A stretch of DNA of 64,000 bases. It comes from Dehalococcoidia bacterium (GTDB taxonomy: Bacteria > Chloroflexota > Dehalococcoidia > Bin125). The notes beneath the pieces are model-generated. The model ran no database searches, was not told the DNA's origin, and saw only the letters and a program-made list of their open reading frames with translations. The stretch is from assembly GCA_963555985.3 (NCBI GenBank), contig OY820591.1:1312001-1376000 (forward strand). The letters run 5' to 3'. Within the stretch, counting starts at the first letter, position 1; every line of letters begins with the position of its first letter. Both the position numbers and the translations under genes were made by a program. Below are positions 1 through 9,357 of this stretch, piece after piece.

Positions 1-2
1 TC

Positions 3-809
3 ACTCCATTCGGCCAAACTGGCCCCAACGCCAACCTGCCCGCGACAGAACTCACCCTCTACGCCGCCAGCGGACAACTCTGGCTGACCGGACACCCCGC
101 CCGCCCGCCGCTCAAGAACGGCGGCTCACAACCCTCCTATCAGGCCGGACTCAACGCCTTCGCCGCAATCAGCGGCGCCTACTACGCCGCTGCTGTGCAT
201 GGAGAGGGCGCGTTCATCGATCTATCCGTTCAGGAGACCTATGCCGGCATGGCCGAGGCCTATCACAATCGCGCCTCCCAACTCGCCATCGAGAGTCAGC
301 GCGGCGGCAACTTCCTCAACGCCCTCTGGGGTCTCTATCCCGTGATCGACGGCTACGGAGGCGTCTGCCTGCTCCCCCGCAACTACCCCGGCTTCACTGT
401 CGCAGCCGCAGACCTGCCCGAGCTCCGGGAAGAACGCTTCGCCGACCCGGGCAACCGTCTGCTCAACAACGACGAGCTCATGGCCATCATGTACGGCTGG
501 TTCGCGGGACGCACGCGCGCAGAGCTCTTCGAACTCGGTATCGAGAACCGCGTTCCGCTCGGTTTCGTCGCCACCTTCGAAGACCTCTCAAACTCCGACC
601 ATCTCAACGAGCGCGAGTTCTTCACCGAACTCGACGACGAACAGGCCGGCTCGCTCAAATACCCCGGCCGGCTCTGGCTCAGCAGCGAACACGACTGGAA
701 ACGCGGTCGCGCCCCGCGACTGGGCGAGCACAACCTCGAAATCATCCACGGCGAGCTCGGCTACGACCGCGAAGACCTCGTCCGCCTACGCGAGCTGAAC
801 GCCATCTAG
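3..809 (+). CDS. Family III CoA-transferase (CaiB/BaiF), 5'-truncated by window edge
   Basis: Frame open from base 3: TPFGQTGP...LYAASGQLWLTG; C-terminal APRLGEHNLEI. Confidence 0.9.
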   Translation, partial: TPFGQTGPNANLPATELTLYAASGQLWLTGHPARPPLKNGGSQPSYQAGLNAFAAISGAYYAAAVHGEGAFIDLSVQETYAGMAEAYHNRASQLAIESQRGGNFLNALWGLYPVIDGYGGVCLLPRNYPGFTVAAADLPELREERFADPGNRLLNNDELMAIMYGWFAGRTRAELFELGIENRVPLGFVATFEDLSNSDHLNEREFFTELDDEQAGSLKYPGRLWLSSEHDWKRGRAPRLGEHNLEIIHGELGYDREDLVRLRELNAI

Positions 810-831
810 CGCGGCGAAGGGAATCCAATCC

Positions 832-2118
832 ATGCCACCACCCGGCCGACCGCTTACTGGCGTCCGTGTCGCCGACCTCACCATGATCTGGGCGGGCCCC
901 TACGGAGCCAAGATTCTCGCCGATCAGGGCGCTGAGGTGATCAAGATCGAGTCGCCCCAGGCATGGGACAACATCCGCACCCTGATCCCGCCCCCGGTCG
1001 CCCCGGGCGAGCACTGGTGGAACACCAACTTCTACTTCCACGAGTACAGCCGCAACAAGAAATCACTCACCCTCGACCTGCGCGCCGATCGGGGCAAGGC
1101 CGTCTTCGCCAAGTTGCTCAAACACTGCGACGTCGTGATCGAGAACTACCGCACCGACGTGATGGACAACCTCGGCCTCACCTACGACTGGCTGCGCGAG
1201 CAGAAAGAGGACATCATCGTTGTCGGCATGGCCGGCTTCGGCAAGACTGGCCCCGAACGCGATGCCGTCGGCTACGGACCGATCATCGAGATGATGAGCG
1301 GCATGACCTCCACCAGCGGCTACGGCGACGACGGCGTGCCCTACAAGAGCGGTATCTCCTACGGCGACCCCATCGCCGGCATCTGCGCCGCCGCAGCCGT
1401 GGCGACTGCGCTCGTTCAGCGACATCAGACAGGCAAAGGCCAGTTCATCGATCTCGCCCAGCGCGAGGTCATGTCCACCATGCTCGGCGAGTTCTACATG
1501 GACTGGTCAATGAACCAGCGCCTTCCAGACCACATGGGTACCGGTCACGACTGGATGGCCCCGCACAACGTCTATCCCTGCGCCGGCGACGATGAGTGGG
1601 TCGCGATCTGCGTCCGCACGGACGAAGAGTGGGAGTCGCTCAAGCGAGTGATGAGCGAACCGGATTGGGCGGAACGAGACCAATTCAGCGATCAAATCCG
1701 CCGCTGGGAACACCGCGCCGAACTCGACGAGCTCGTGTCAGCGTGGACGTCATCCCAACTCAAGACCGACATCTTCGCCGCCTGCCGCGAGCAGCGCATC
1801 CCCTCCTCGCCGGTCTGGAAGATGCTCGAAATCCTCAGCGAACCGCATCTCAAGACCCGCAAGTTCTACGAGCCATTGCGACACCCCGAAGTCGGCATCT
1901 GGATGGTGCACGGCTGGCTCTGGCGCACCGACGGCGCCGGACCCTGCATCCTCGCCCCGGCCCCCGACTTCGGCCAACACAACAACGAAATCCTCGGCGG
2001 ACTCCTCGGCATGTCCGATGACGAACAAGCCGCCCTCGAAGCCGCCGGAATCATCGCCGCCCAACCGGCAGGCGTTCCGCCCGCCTCCGAAATGCCCCCA
2101 ACCCCGTCAATGCTCTAG
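832..2118 (+). CDS. Family III CoA-transferase
   Basis: PLTGVRVADLTMIWAGP, GAEVIKIES, RNKKSLTLDL, catalytic-Asp region YGDPIAG. Confidence 0.95.
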   Translation: MPPPGRPLTGVRVADLTMIWAGPYGAKILADQGAEVIKIESPQAWDNIRTLIPPPVAPGEHWWNTNFYFHEYSRNKKSLTLDLRADRGKAVFAKLLKHCDVVIENYRTDVMDNLGLTYDWLREQKEDIIVVGMAGFGKTGPERDAVGYGPIIEMMSGMTSTSGYGDDGVPYKSGISYGDPIAGICAAAAVATALVQRHQTGKGQFIDLAQREVMSTMLGEFYMDWSMNQRLPDHMGTGHDWMAPHNVYPCAGDDEWVAICVRTDEEWESLKRVMSEPDWAERDQFSDQIRRWEHRAELDELVSAWTSSQLKTDIFAACREQRIPSSPVWKMLEILSEPHLKTRKFYEPLRHPEVGIWMVHGWLWRTDGAGPCILAPAPDFGQHNNEILGGLLGMSDDEQAALEAAGIIAAQPAGVPPASEMPPTPSML

Positions 2119-2594
2119 TTGAACTGGTCGTCACCCAGCTTGAGCACTTCGACCGTCTCGAGCAGTTGCGCAAAGTGCGCAACATGCGCCTCAACGCTGT
2201 GACCGACAGCGAGTGCCCAAGTCTCCGAGCGATCGAGCCGCTTCGCGATCTCTTCGAGGTCGTCCCGCCAATGCCACGACTTGTCGATCGGCGCAGGCAG
2301 TTGCAGCCGCAGCGGACGCTCCGAATCAGGCGGCCAAAAGCGCGCATACCAGGCATGGCGGCGGAGAATACCGGCGCGCATCAAGACGACGTAGGGCGTG
2401 CGCTCGTCCGCTGAGGAGTGCTCGTGGTCGGGCGCGCAGCGCAGCAGGAAGTTGAAAATCGAGAACTGCCCCGCCCGCGTACCCGTGCGCAGTTGCCCGA
2501 TCGCGCACAGCCCGTCCGCCACCGCTAGCAGCTGCGCCGCATCTTCCGCCGGAAGCCGCGCCTCCGCCAGCAGTCGCTCGCTTGTTGCATCCAC
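2115..2594 (-). CDS. Hypothetical protein
   Basis: 159-aa ORF directly downstream of crotonase, GGAG upstream. Confidence 0.6.
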   Translation of the reverse strand: MDATSERLLAEARLPAEDAAQLLAVADGLCAIGQLRTGTRAGQFSIFNFLLRCAPDHEHSSADERTPYVVLMRAGILRRHAWYARFWPPDSERPLRLQLPAPIDKSWHWRDDLEEIAKRLDRSETWALAVGHSVEAHVAHFAQLLETVEVLKLGDDQFN

Positions 2595-2609
2595 GCTCCC
2601 GCGCTCCGC

Positions 2610-3413
2610 CTAGCGACCGTGGAACTCGTCGAGGGTCGCTCGCAAGCCGCGCTCGCGGATACTCCGGTTCGTCTCCAGGACAGGATCCGAAAAGTGCGCA
2701 ATCGCGTCGATTTCGACACCGGCGGCGAGCGCCTCTCGAAAGCCCTGTACTTCTTGCGTCCGGTTGATCGCTTTCTTCTGCAAGACCAGGATCTCCTTCG
2801 GTGTACGCGCGGTTCGCTCTACATAATCTTCGACCCAATCATCGAGCGCTTCGGGCGGAAGGGCGCGATTGAAGAGACCGATCTCCGCGGCTTCACGACC
2901 CGAAATCACACTCCCGACCGGGAAGAAGAACTCCTTCGCCCGTTTCGCTCCAACCTGCCAGGCCCAGAACGAAGCCACAAAGCCGGCGCCGAGGGGCAAC
3001 TGCGGAGCGCCCACTCGTGCATCCTCGGCCGCAACCGTCACATCGCAGATCGTCGCCAACTGGGTGCCCCCGGCGAGGCAATGTCCGTGGACTTTAGCCA
3101 CGACTGGAAGCCGTAAGTCCCAGATCCGCAGCCAATTGCGGAGCAACTCTTCGAGGCCGTCGCGGTCGCGCGCGATCACGGATGCCTGCGTCGCCGCGAC
3201 ACCACCGGCGCCGGTCAGGTCGTAGCCGGCGCTGAACGCCCGTCCCGCGCCCGAGACGAGCGCGACGTGAACGGCGGCGTCGCGTTCCGCTTCGACCAGC
3301 GCTTCCAGCAGTTCACGCTGCAACTGACGCGAAATCGCATTCAGCTTCTCGGGCCGATTCAGCGTGACCCGCCCGATTCTGCCGCTGCGCTCATAGACAA
3401 TCGTCTCAGCCAT
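2610..3413 (-). CDS. Enoyl-CoA hydratase/isomerase (crotonase family)
   Basis: VTLNRPEKLNAI, GRAFSAGYDL, VHGHCLAGG; start set at MAETIV after GAGGA. Confidence 0.92.
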   Translation of the reverse strand: MAETIVYERSGRIGRVTLNRPEKLNAISRQLQRELLEALVEAERDAAVHVALVSGAGRAFSAGYDLTGAGGVAATQASVIARDRDGLEELLRNWLRIWDLRLPVVAKVHGHCLAGGTQLATICDVTVAAEDARVGAPQLPLGAGFVASFWAWQVGAKRAKEFFFPVGSVISGREAAEIGLFNRALPPEALDDWVEDYVERTARTPKEILVLQKKAINRTQEVQGFREALAAGVEIDAIAHFSDPVLETNRSIRERGLRATLDEFHGR

Positions 3414-3587
3414 GACTTCCTCTGTTCTCCCCGATCGAGCCGTCGTGGGCGCGCCGCCCGCAATCTGGCTGCTCGCGCGCTGGCGTTGATCTGTCAACTC
3501 CCGCTCAACACAGGTTATGACTTGGCTCTTACTGAGCTCATGTTCTATCGTCATCAAGACGCACCCATATTCGGCTCGGAGGTTCCG

Positions 3588-3863
3588 ATGTTCATTTCGC
3601 TCACCCTGATCGCGCTCGCTGCCCTCATCTGGCTGGTCTGGGAGTGGCGTTCCGGCGCGTTGGTCAAGGATTGCCGCGTCGCCAAGTCCTACCCAATCGA
3701 AGACCGGCGCGTCACTCCAGCTCTCAGCTCGCCCGCCGCCCACCGGGTCGACTCTCGCCTAGTACCGGTCACCCGACGCGCAGCCACCGCTCCGCCGTCG
3801 CCGCTACCCGTACCCCAGCGCCAAGGGCTTGTCCTGCGCACGTCCAACCGCGACGCCGCATGA
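3588..3863 (+). CDS. Small single-TM hypothetical protein
   Basis: GGAGGT RBS then MFISLTLIALAALIWLVWEW hydrophobic helix. Confidence 0.65.
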   Translation: MFISLTLIALAALIWLVWEWRSGALVKDCRVAKSYPIEDRRVTPALSSPAAHRVDSRLVPVTRRAATAPPSPLPVPQRQGLVLRTSNRDAA

Positions 3864-3925
3864 TCCCGATCGACTGTGTTTGCGCGCTGCCCGCGAACGC
3901 CTAGACTGCGCGCGCGGAGCAACTG

Positions 3926-4648
3926 ATGACCACCCACGACCAAACCCGATCCTCACGACCCGATCCGCGCAATCTGCTTGAGCAGGTGGCGCTGTTTCGC
4001 AACATGCCCAGGCCGATGCTGACCAAGCTCAGCTCGTTCTTACGCACGGTCACCTACAAGGCGCACACGGACATCTTCCACGCCGGCGACCAGGGCGCGA
4101 CGATGTACATCGTGCTTACCGGAGCAGTCAAAGTCTTCGTTCCGGCGATTGACGGCCGCGAGGTGGTGCTCGCCGTGCATCGCGGCGGCGATCTCCTCGG
4201 CGAGATGTCGCTGCTTGACGACGAACCGCGTTCCGCCTCGGCCACCACGATCGAAGAAACGGAGATGTTCAGCCTGCGTCGCGCCGACTTCCTCAAGGTG
4301 TTGAGCGAGCATCCAGAGGCGCAGCGCGCGATCATCGAAGTCCTGGTCGAACGCTTGCGCGCCACCAACCAGTCCATCCAGGACGCCTACCTGCTGGACG
4401 TGCCGGGCCGGCTCGCTCGCCGCCTCTTGCTGATTGCGCGGGAACATGGCGTGCAGACCGATCAGGGAGTCGAACTCGGGCTGCGTGTCTCGCAGCAAGA
4501 GTTGGCCAACATGATCGGCGCAAGCCGCGTCGCCGTGAACAAGCAGCTCCAGGCTTGGCGCCAGCAGAACATCGTCGACGTCAACCGTCAGCGAGTCACG
4601 ATCCTCAATGAAGCCGCGTTGGAGCGCGAGTTCACGCTCTCGCCCTGA
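3926..4648 (+). CDS. Crp/Fnr family transcriptional regulator
   Basis: cNMP-binding GEMSLL..EPRSAS; HTH SQQELANMIGASRVAVNK. Confidence 0.95.
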   Translation: MTTHDQTRSSRPDPRNLLEQVALFRNMPRPMLTKLSSFLRTVTYKAHTDIFHAGDQGATMYIVLTGAVKVFVPAIDGREVVLAVHRGGDLLGEMSLLDDEPRSASATTIEETEMFSLRRADFLKVLSEHPEAQRAIIEVLVERLRATNQSIQDAYLLDVPGRLARRLLLIAREHGVQTDQGVELGLRVSQQELANMIGASRVAVNKQLQAWRQQNIVDVNRQRVTILNEAALEREFTLSP

Positions 4649-4705
4649 TCGCTCTGCCTACCTTCCCGCTTCCGAGCACATGCCATCGCTCACGAAAGGT
4701 GCCCC

Positions 4706-5413
4706 ATGCCCTCCCCCTTGACCGACGAACAGCTTGCCGAGCTGAGCGCCTGGCCCTCTCCGGCCATCGCCAATGCGATTGAGACCTTCAACGTGCGCAG
4801 CCGCGCCACCGGTTTCATGACCCCGGATATCGTCTGCCGCTTCCCCGACATGGACCCGATCGTCGGCTACGCCGCCACCTGCAAAATTCGCGCCACAATC
4901 CCCCCGGGCGACGACCCGGAAACACAGTCCGCCCCAGACTGGTGGGAGCACATCGAGTCGATTCCCGAACCCCGAATCATCGTCATCCAGGACCTCGATC
5001 AGCCCCCGATCGGCTCCTTTTGGGGCGAGGTCAACGGCAATATCCATAAGGCGCTCGGCGCGATCGGACTGATCACCGACGGCGGTGTGCGCGACCTGGA
5101 TGAGGTCGAGGAAATCGGCTTCCAGTTCCTCGCCAAAGAGATCCTGGTCTCGCACGCTTACGTGCATATCGTCGAAATCGGCCAGCCCGTCACCGTGGGC
5201 GGCATCACCGTCCACCCGGGCGATCTGCTCCACGCCGACAAGCATGGCGCGATTCACATCCCTCACGACATTGCCCCGGACGTGGCCGCTGCTGCTCAGG
5301 CAGTCGAAGATCGCGAGCGCGTGATCATTAACTACGCCAAGTCCGACGACTTTACCCGCCAAGGCTTGCTCAACGTGATGCAAGGCCGCGCGCCCTATGC
5401 CGACCAGGAGTAA
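4706..5413 (+). CDS. RraA/HMG-aldolase family protein
   Basis: VGYAAT, WGEVN, GLITDGGVRD, TVHPGDLLHADKHG. Confidence 0.9.
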   Translation: MPSPLTDEQLAELSAWPSPAIANAIETFNVRSRATGFMTPDIVCRFPDMDPIVGYAATCKIRATIPPGDDPETQSAPDWWEHIESIPEPRIIVIQDLDQPPIGSFWGEVNGNIHKALGAIGLITDGGVRDLDEVEEIGFQFLAKEILVSHAYVHIVEIGQPVTVGGITVHPGDLLHADKHGAIHIPHDIAPDVAAAAQAVEDRERVIINYAKSDDFTRQGLLNVMQGRAPYADQE

Positions 5414-5494
5414 CGCTCGATTTCAGACTCCCCAGATCGGCAGTCGGACGCGCCGCCCGCAACCAGTACGCTGCTGCGCCGTCGCGAAGCGGGC

Positions 5495-6736
5495 ATGTTC
5501 GCCCCCTTCGCCTCACGCGACTTTCGTGTCCTCTGGATGGCGATCTTCCTGCGTTCCGGCGCGCTTTGGCTCGATCAGGTCGCACGCCCGGTCCTGATCG
5601 CCGAACTCACCGGTTCAGCCCTGCTCCTCGGCGCAGTCCTCGCCGCTCGCATGGCCCCCAATTTGATCCTTGGCCTCTTCGCTGGCGCGATCGTCGACCG
5701 CTACCCACGCCGCACGATCCTCTTCCTCTCCCAAGCCGGCAACGTCGTTGCGACCGGTTTGGTCTTCCTGCTGCTGCTGCTTGACCTGGTGGAACCCTGG
5801 CACATCATCGCCTTGGCCGCACTGGCGGGAGTCAACATCGCCTTCTTCCAGCCCGCACGCCAGGCGATTCTCCCCGTCATCGTGCCCGCCGGCGCGCTCC
5901 GACCGGCCGTCGCCCTCTCCCAGACTGCCAACACCGTCATGCGCATCGGCGGCGCGCTGCTCGCCGGCCTGCTCCTCGAATTCGCCGACTTCACCATCAT
6001 CTACGGCGTCATGACCGGCATCTACGTCGGCGCAGCATTCTGCACAGCGCTACTTCGCGCAGACAGCGGACCCACGCGCGCGGCGCGGCGCGCAGCCGGA
6101 TCGCTCCTGCGGCAGACCGCCGATGGAGTGCGCTGGGCGCTCGCCGAACGCTGGCCGCTCGCTGTAGTCGCCGTCTCCGCGCTGATGTTCATCTTCCTCT
6201 CGCCCTATCAGGGCGTCTTCATTCCGCTCATGGTGATCGACGTGCTCGCAGAGCGGTCCGCCTGGGTCGGATATCTGATCGCGGTCGGCGGCGCGGGAGC
6301 CGCAGCCGGCTCCCTGGGTCTCGCTGCGTTGCGGACATTGCCGGCCCCGGGGAGGTTCATGGCGGGACTATTGATCGCAGCAGGGATCTCCTTGGCTGTC
6401 ATGTCGGAGGCGCCGCATCTGGCCGTGCTAGCGCCTTGCATCTTCCTGGCCGCCGCCTGTAGTACGAACGTGATGTCGTTGGCAAACCTCACCCTGCTCG
6501 CGCAAGTACCCGAGGGCATGGCCGGACGCGCGCTGAGTTTCATGAGTCTGGCTCGCGGCATGATCCCGCTCGGCGCACTCTTCGCGGGAGCGCTCGCCGA
6601 CCTCCTCGGCGCCCGCAGCGGGCTACTGGCGATGGGTGCGTTCGTGGCTGGGTTCGCCGCGCTCGCGCTAGTGACCCCTCTGGCCCGCGCAGTCACCGCC
6701 GACCGCGATTCACAACCACAGGAGGCTAGGAACTGA
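5495..6736 (+). CDS. MFS transporter
   Basis: RDFRVLW, motif A GAIVDRYPRR, about 12 hydrophobic segments. Confidence 0.92.
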   Translation: MFAPFASRDFRVLWMAIFLRSGALWLDQVARPVLIAELTGSALLLGAVLAARMAPNLILGLFAGAIVDRYPRRTILFLSQAGNVVATGLVFLLLLLDLVEPWHIIALAALAGVNIAFFQPARQAILPVIVPAGALRPAVALSQTANTVMRIGGALLAGLLLEFADFTIIYGVMTGIYVGAAFCTALLRADSGPTRAARRAAGSLLRQTADGVRWALAERWPLAVVAVSALMFIFLSPYQGVFIPLMVIDVLAERSAWVGYLIAVGGAGAAAGSLGLAALRTLPAPGRFMAGLLIAAGISLAVMSEAPHLAVLAPCIFLAAACSTNVMSLANLTLLAQVPEGMAGRALSFMSLARGMIPLGALFAGALADLLGARSGLLAMGAFVAGFAALALVTPLARAVTADRDSQPQEARN

Positions 6737-6889
6737 GGATTCGCAAGTTCCACGAAGCGCGTGGGGCGAATGTCGCAGTCTCCGCTCGGTTAGCGTGCAG
6801 CGGGAACACCCCCTGGCGTTGGGTAGGAAACGACCGGATCGGCGTGAACCGGATTCCAGACGCGCTCTCAACCTGGCGAACGCGGACAC

Positions 6890-7217
6890 TCGCGCCTTTG
6901 TTCATCGAGACTTTCGCATCCTCCGGCTTGCAATCTTCCTGCGCTCCGGCTCGCTCTGGCTCGAGCAGGTTGCCCGCCCGGTATTGATGCTTGAACTGAC
7001 CGACTCCGCCTTGCTGCTCGGGGCGGCGCTCGCCGCCTGGATAGGGCCGAATTCGATTCTCCCGCGCTTCGACCTGCTCACAATGGGCAGCTGCCTGATC
7101 GCAGGCGCGCTCGTCGCCTGGACGATTCACCGAATGCGCTGGTGGCTCTGGCGGCGTCGCACCTGCGACGAAGCATCCGCCGAAGCTTGGCTGCGCGGCG
7201 AAGATATCAGCGGCTAA
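6890..7217 (+). pseudogene. Remnant of a paralogous MFS 5' end joined to unrelated sequence
   Basis: RDFRILRLAIFLRSGSLWLEQVARPVLMLELTDSALLLGAALAA closely matches the N-terminus of the upstream MFS; similarity ends near 7062. Confidence 0.7.
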
Positions 7218-8338
7218 CCGCAACCATTCTCAGGCCGCGTGCTGGGCCAGCTTCCCGCAGTCGCACTACGTTTGAGCGTCTTCCCGTCACGCTCCAGCGT
7301 GATCTCCACGCGCTCCCCCGGCAGTATCTGTTTCAACGCCTCAGTCAGTGCGCTCAGTGACTCGACCGTGTGACCGTTCAACAGCGTGATGTGATCGCCC
7401 TCGCGCAGTCCTGCTTGGTTGGCTGTCGACTGGCAGATGACATCGATCACGAACAAGCCCCCATCTCGCTGTTCGACGAAGAGACCGAGATAGCCGCGTT
7501 GCACGTCGCGTCCCTCGATCATGATCGGCAGCGATCGGCTCAACGTCTCGACGCTGACGGCGAAACCGATGCCCGCCGACGACTGGTCGGGGCTCTGGAT
7601 CTGGGTTGGAATCCCAATCAGGCGCCCGCGACCGTCAACGAGCATCCCGCCCGAGTTGCCGGGATTCAGCGCCGCGTCGGTCTGGATCGTCCCGCGCAGC
7701 GGCTCCCAGGTCGCTGTGCCGCTGGGACGTGTGCGCCCGAGCCCTGAGACGATCCCGACCGTCAGCGTGTCCGGCAGTCCGAAGGGCGCGCCAAGCGCGC
7801 CGACCGGGTCTCCGACCCGAAGATCGCTGAGGTCGCCGAACTCCGGGAGCGCGATCGTCATGCCCTCGGGTTCGATCTTGAGTAGGGCGAGATCATTGCC
7901 GACGTCTTTGGCAATCAACTCTGCTTCGAATGTGTCGTTGGTGTGTGTGTACACAACCAGCTCGAGCGCGCCGGCGACGACGTGCAAGTTGGTGATGATG
8001 TGCCCCTCAACGCTGACGAAGAACCCGGAACCGCCGCCGCTCTCTGTCCTGATCGAGACCAGCGACGGGATCGTCTGGTCGTACACGGCGGTCCAATTCA
8101 CAGAAGAGCGCGTGAGCTCCTCCGCCTCCGACGCTGGACCCACCACCGGAGCGTCCGATGCCACCTGCTGGATCGAGGCTGGAGCATTGAGGGCAATCGT
8201 GCTTGCCGCTGCCGCGTCGGCAGGCATCGTGGCTGACTGACGCTGCTCCCCGCCCGTGAGCATGAATGCGGCCGCGGTGATCGCCGCGCTGACCACTGCC
8301 GCAGCAAACATGAGGAGCACAGTGGAGCGTTTATTCAC
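7214..8338 (-). CDS. HtrA/DegP-like S1C serine protease with PDZ domain
   Basis: N-terminal TM; GSGF, TNLHVV, DLALLK, IQTDAALNPGNSGG; start (GTG) approximate. Confidence 0.92.
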   Translation of the reverse strand: MNKRSTVLLMFAAAVVSAAITAAAFMLTGGEQRQSATMPADAAAASTIALNAPASIQQVASDAPVVGPASEAEELTRSSVNWTAVYDQTIPSLVSIRTESGGGSGFFVSVEGHIITNLHVVAGALELVVYTHTNDTFEAELIAKDVGNDLALLKIEPEGMTIALPEFGDLSDLRVGDPVGALGAPFGLPDTLTVGIVSGLGRTRPSGTATWEPLRGTIQTDAALNPGNSGGMLVDGRGRLIGIPTQIQSPDQSSAGIGFAVSVETLSRSLPIMIEGRDVQRGYLGLFVEQRDGGLFVIDVICQSTANQAGLREGDHITLLNGHTVESLSALTEALKQILPGERVEITLERDGKTLKRSATAGSWPSTRPENGCG

Positions 8339-8403
8339 GACTACCCCTGTTCGTTCTCGTGCCGCAACGATATCTCTTATGTGCATGTGCTCAAGTGGGC
8401 AGC

Positions 8404-9357
8404 CTATTCGATCCCGGCCGTTACTTCTATCAGGACATCGACGCGCCCCTCTGGCAGCAGCGCAAGCCGCCGAAACGCCGCCTCGGACAAATCCACGTGA
8501 TTGAGGCCAAGATCACCACCGGTGTCCTGAACGATCACATCGACAAACCGTTCCCCCCGCCAGATCCGTAGCCGCGTTCCGCAGGGCCACGTATTGGCCG
8601 CGGCGATGTTCGGATCGGAAGGGTCGTAGCGATCGTGCGGCGGACAGAACATCACTCCGCCCGCCAGCGACGGGTGGTAGTAGGTGATCACACCTGGTAC
8701 GACCCGCGCAGCGAAGTCGGCGGGCGCGATCCCCGAGGCCGGATTCCAACGCGCGCCTGCAATCCGCATTCGCAGCCAGATTGCGTCGCCCGGATGCAGA
8801 ACAGCGAACAACTGCTGAGCCGATTGCCCCGGCGTATAGGCCAGCCACTCGCCCAACTCCGAGTTCCAGCGCCGCGCCTCCGCCACCGGCCCCAGAGGGT
8901 CTTCACCGAACGCCGTCCAGACCGGTTGACGTAATCCCGACCAGCCCACGAACGACCAACCGACCGGCAACTCAACCGCCTCGGGCAAGCCGTTCGGCGC
9001 GAACGGCTGCGACCATTCAGCCGCCCGTTCCAGCTGCATCCACACAGGCTGTCCGTGCCGAAGCACGCCGATCGTGTCGATCGGCGTATTCGGCGCATAG
9101 GAGATCCAGCTGCGAGAGCCAACCTCCCAGCTGTGCGCGGCGATCAGGGGCAGTCCCGCGAATGCGGCTGCGGGCGGAAGCTCGGGCCCGCACCAGGTGG
9201 CGGCATTCCAACCAGCCGCGAGCGAAATCGAGCGCGTTTCACGACCTCCGGCGGAGGGGAATCCGCCCGCAGCCGCAGCCAGCAGACCAGCGCCGCCGGC
9301 GACACCCCGCAAGAACGCCCGCCGCGTGAACCTTCGCCGGGCGGCTCGCCGACTCAT
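8404..9357 (-). CDS. Tat-exported protein with two W-rich modules and a C-terminal RlpA-like (DPBB) domain
   Basis: TRRAFL twin-arginine; C-terminal TYYH, IAAA..WPCGTRLRI, VQDTGG, VDLSEAAF. Confidence 0.75.
   Translation of the reverse strand: MSRRAARRRFTRRAFLRGVAGGAGLLAAAAGGFPSAGGRETRSISLAAGWNAATWCGPELPPAAAFAGLPLIAAHSWEVGSRSWISYAPNTPIDTIGVLRHGQPVWMQLERAAEWSQPFAPNGLPEAVELPVGWSFVGWSGLRQPVWTAFGEDPLGPVAEARRWNSELGEWLAYTPGQSAQQLFAVLHPGDAIWLRMRIAGARWNPASGIAPADFAARVVPGVITYYHPSLAGGVMFCPPHDRYDPSDPNIAAANTWPCGTRLRIWRGERFVDVIVQDTGGDLGLNHVDLSEAAFRRLALLPEGRVDVLIEVTAGIE

Noticed and set aside
3485-3498. GTTGATCTGTCAAC as an FNR/CRP box near the Crp-family gene
   Set aside because: The dyad is 2 bp shorter than TTGAT-N4-ATCAA; too short to support a call
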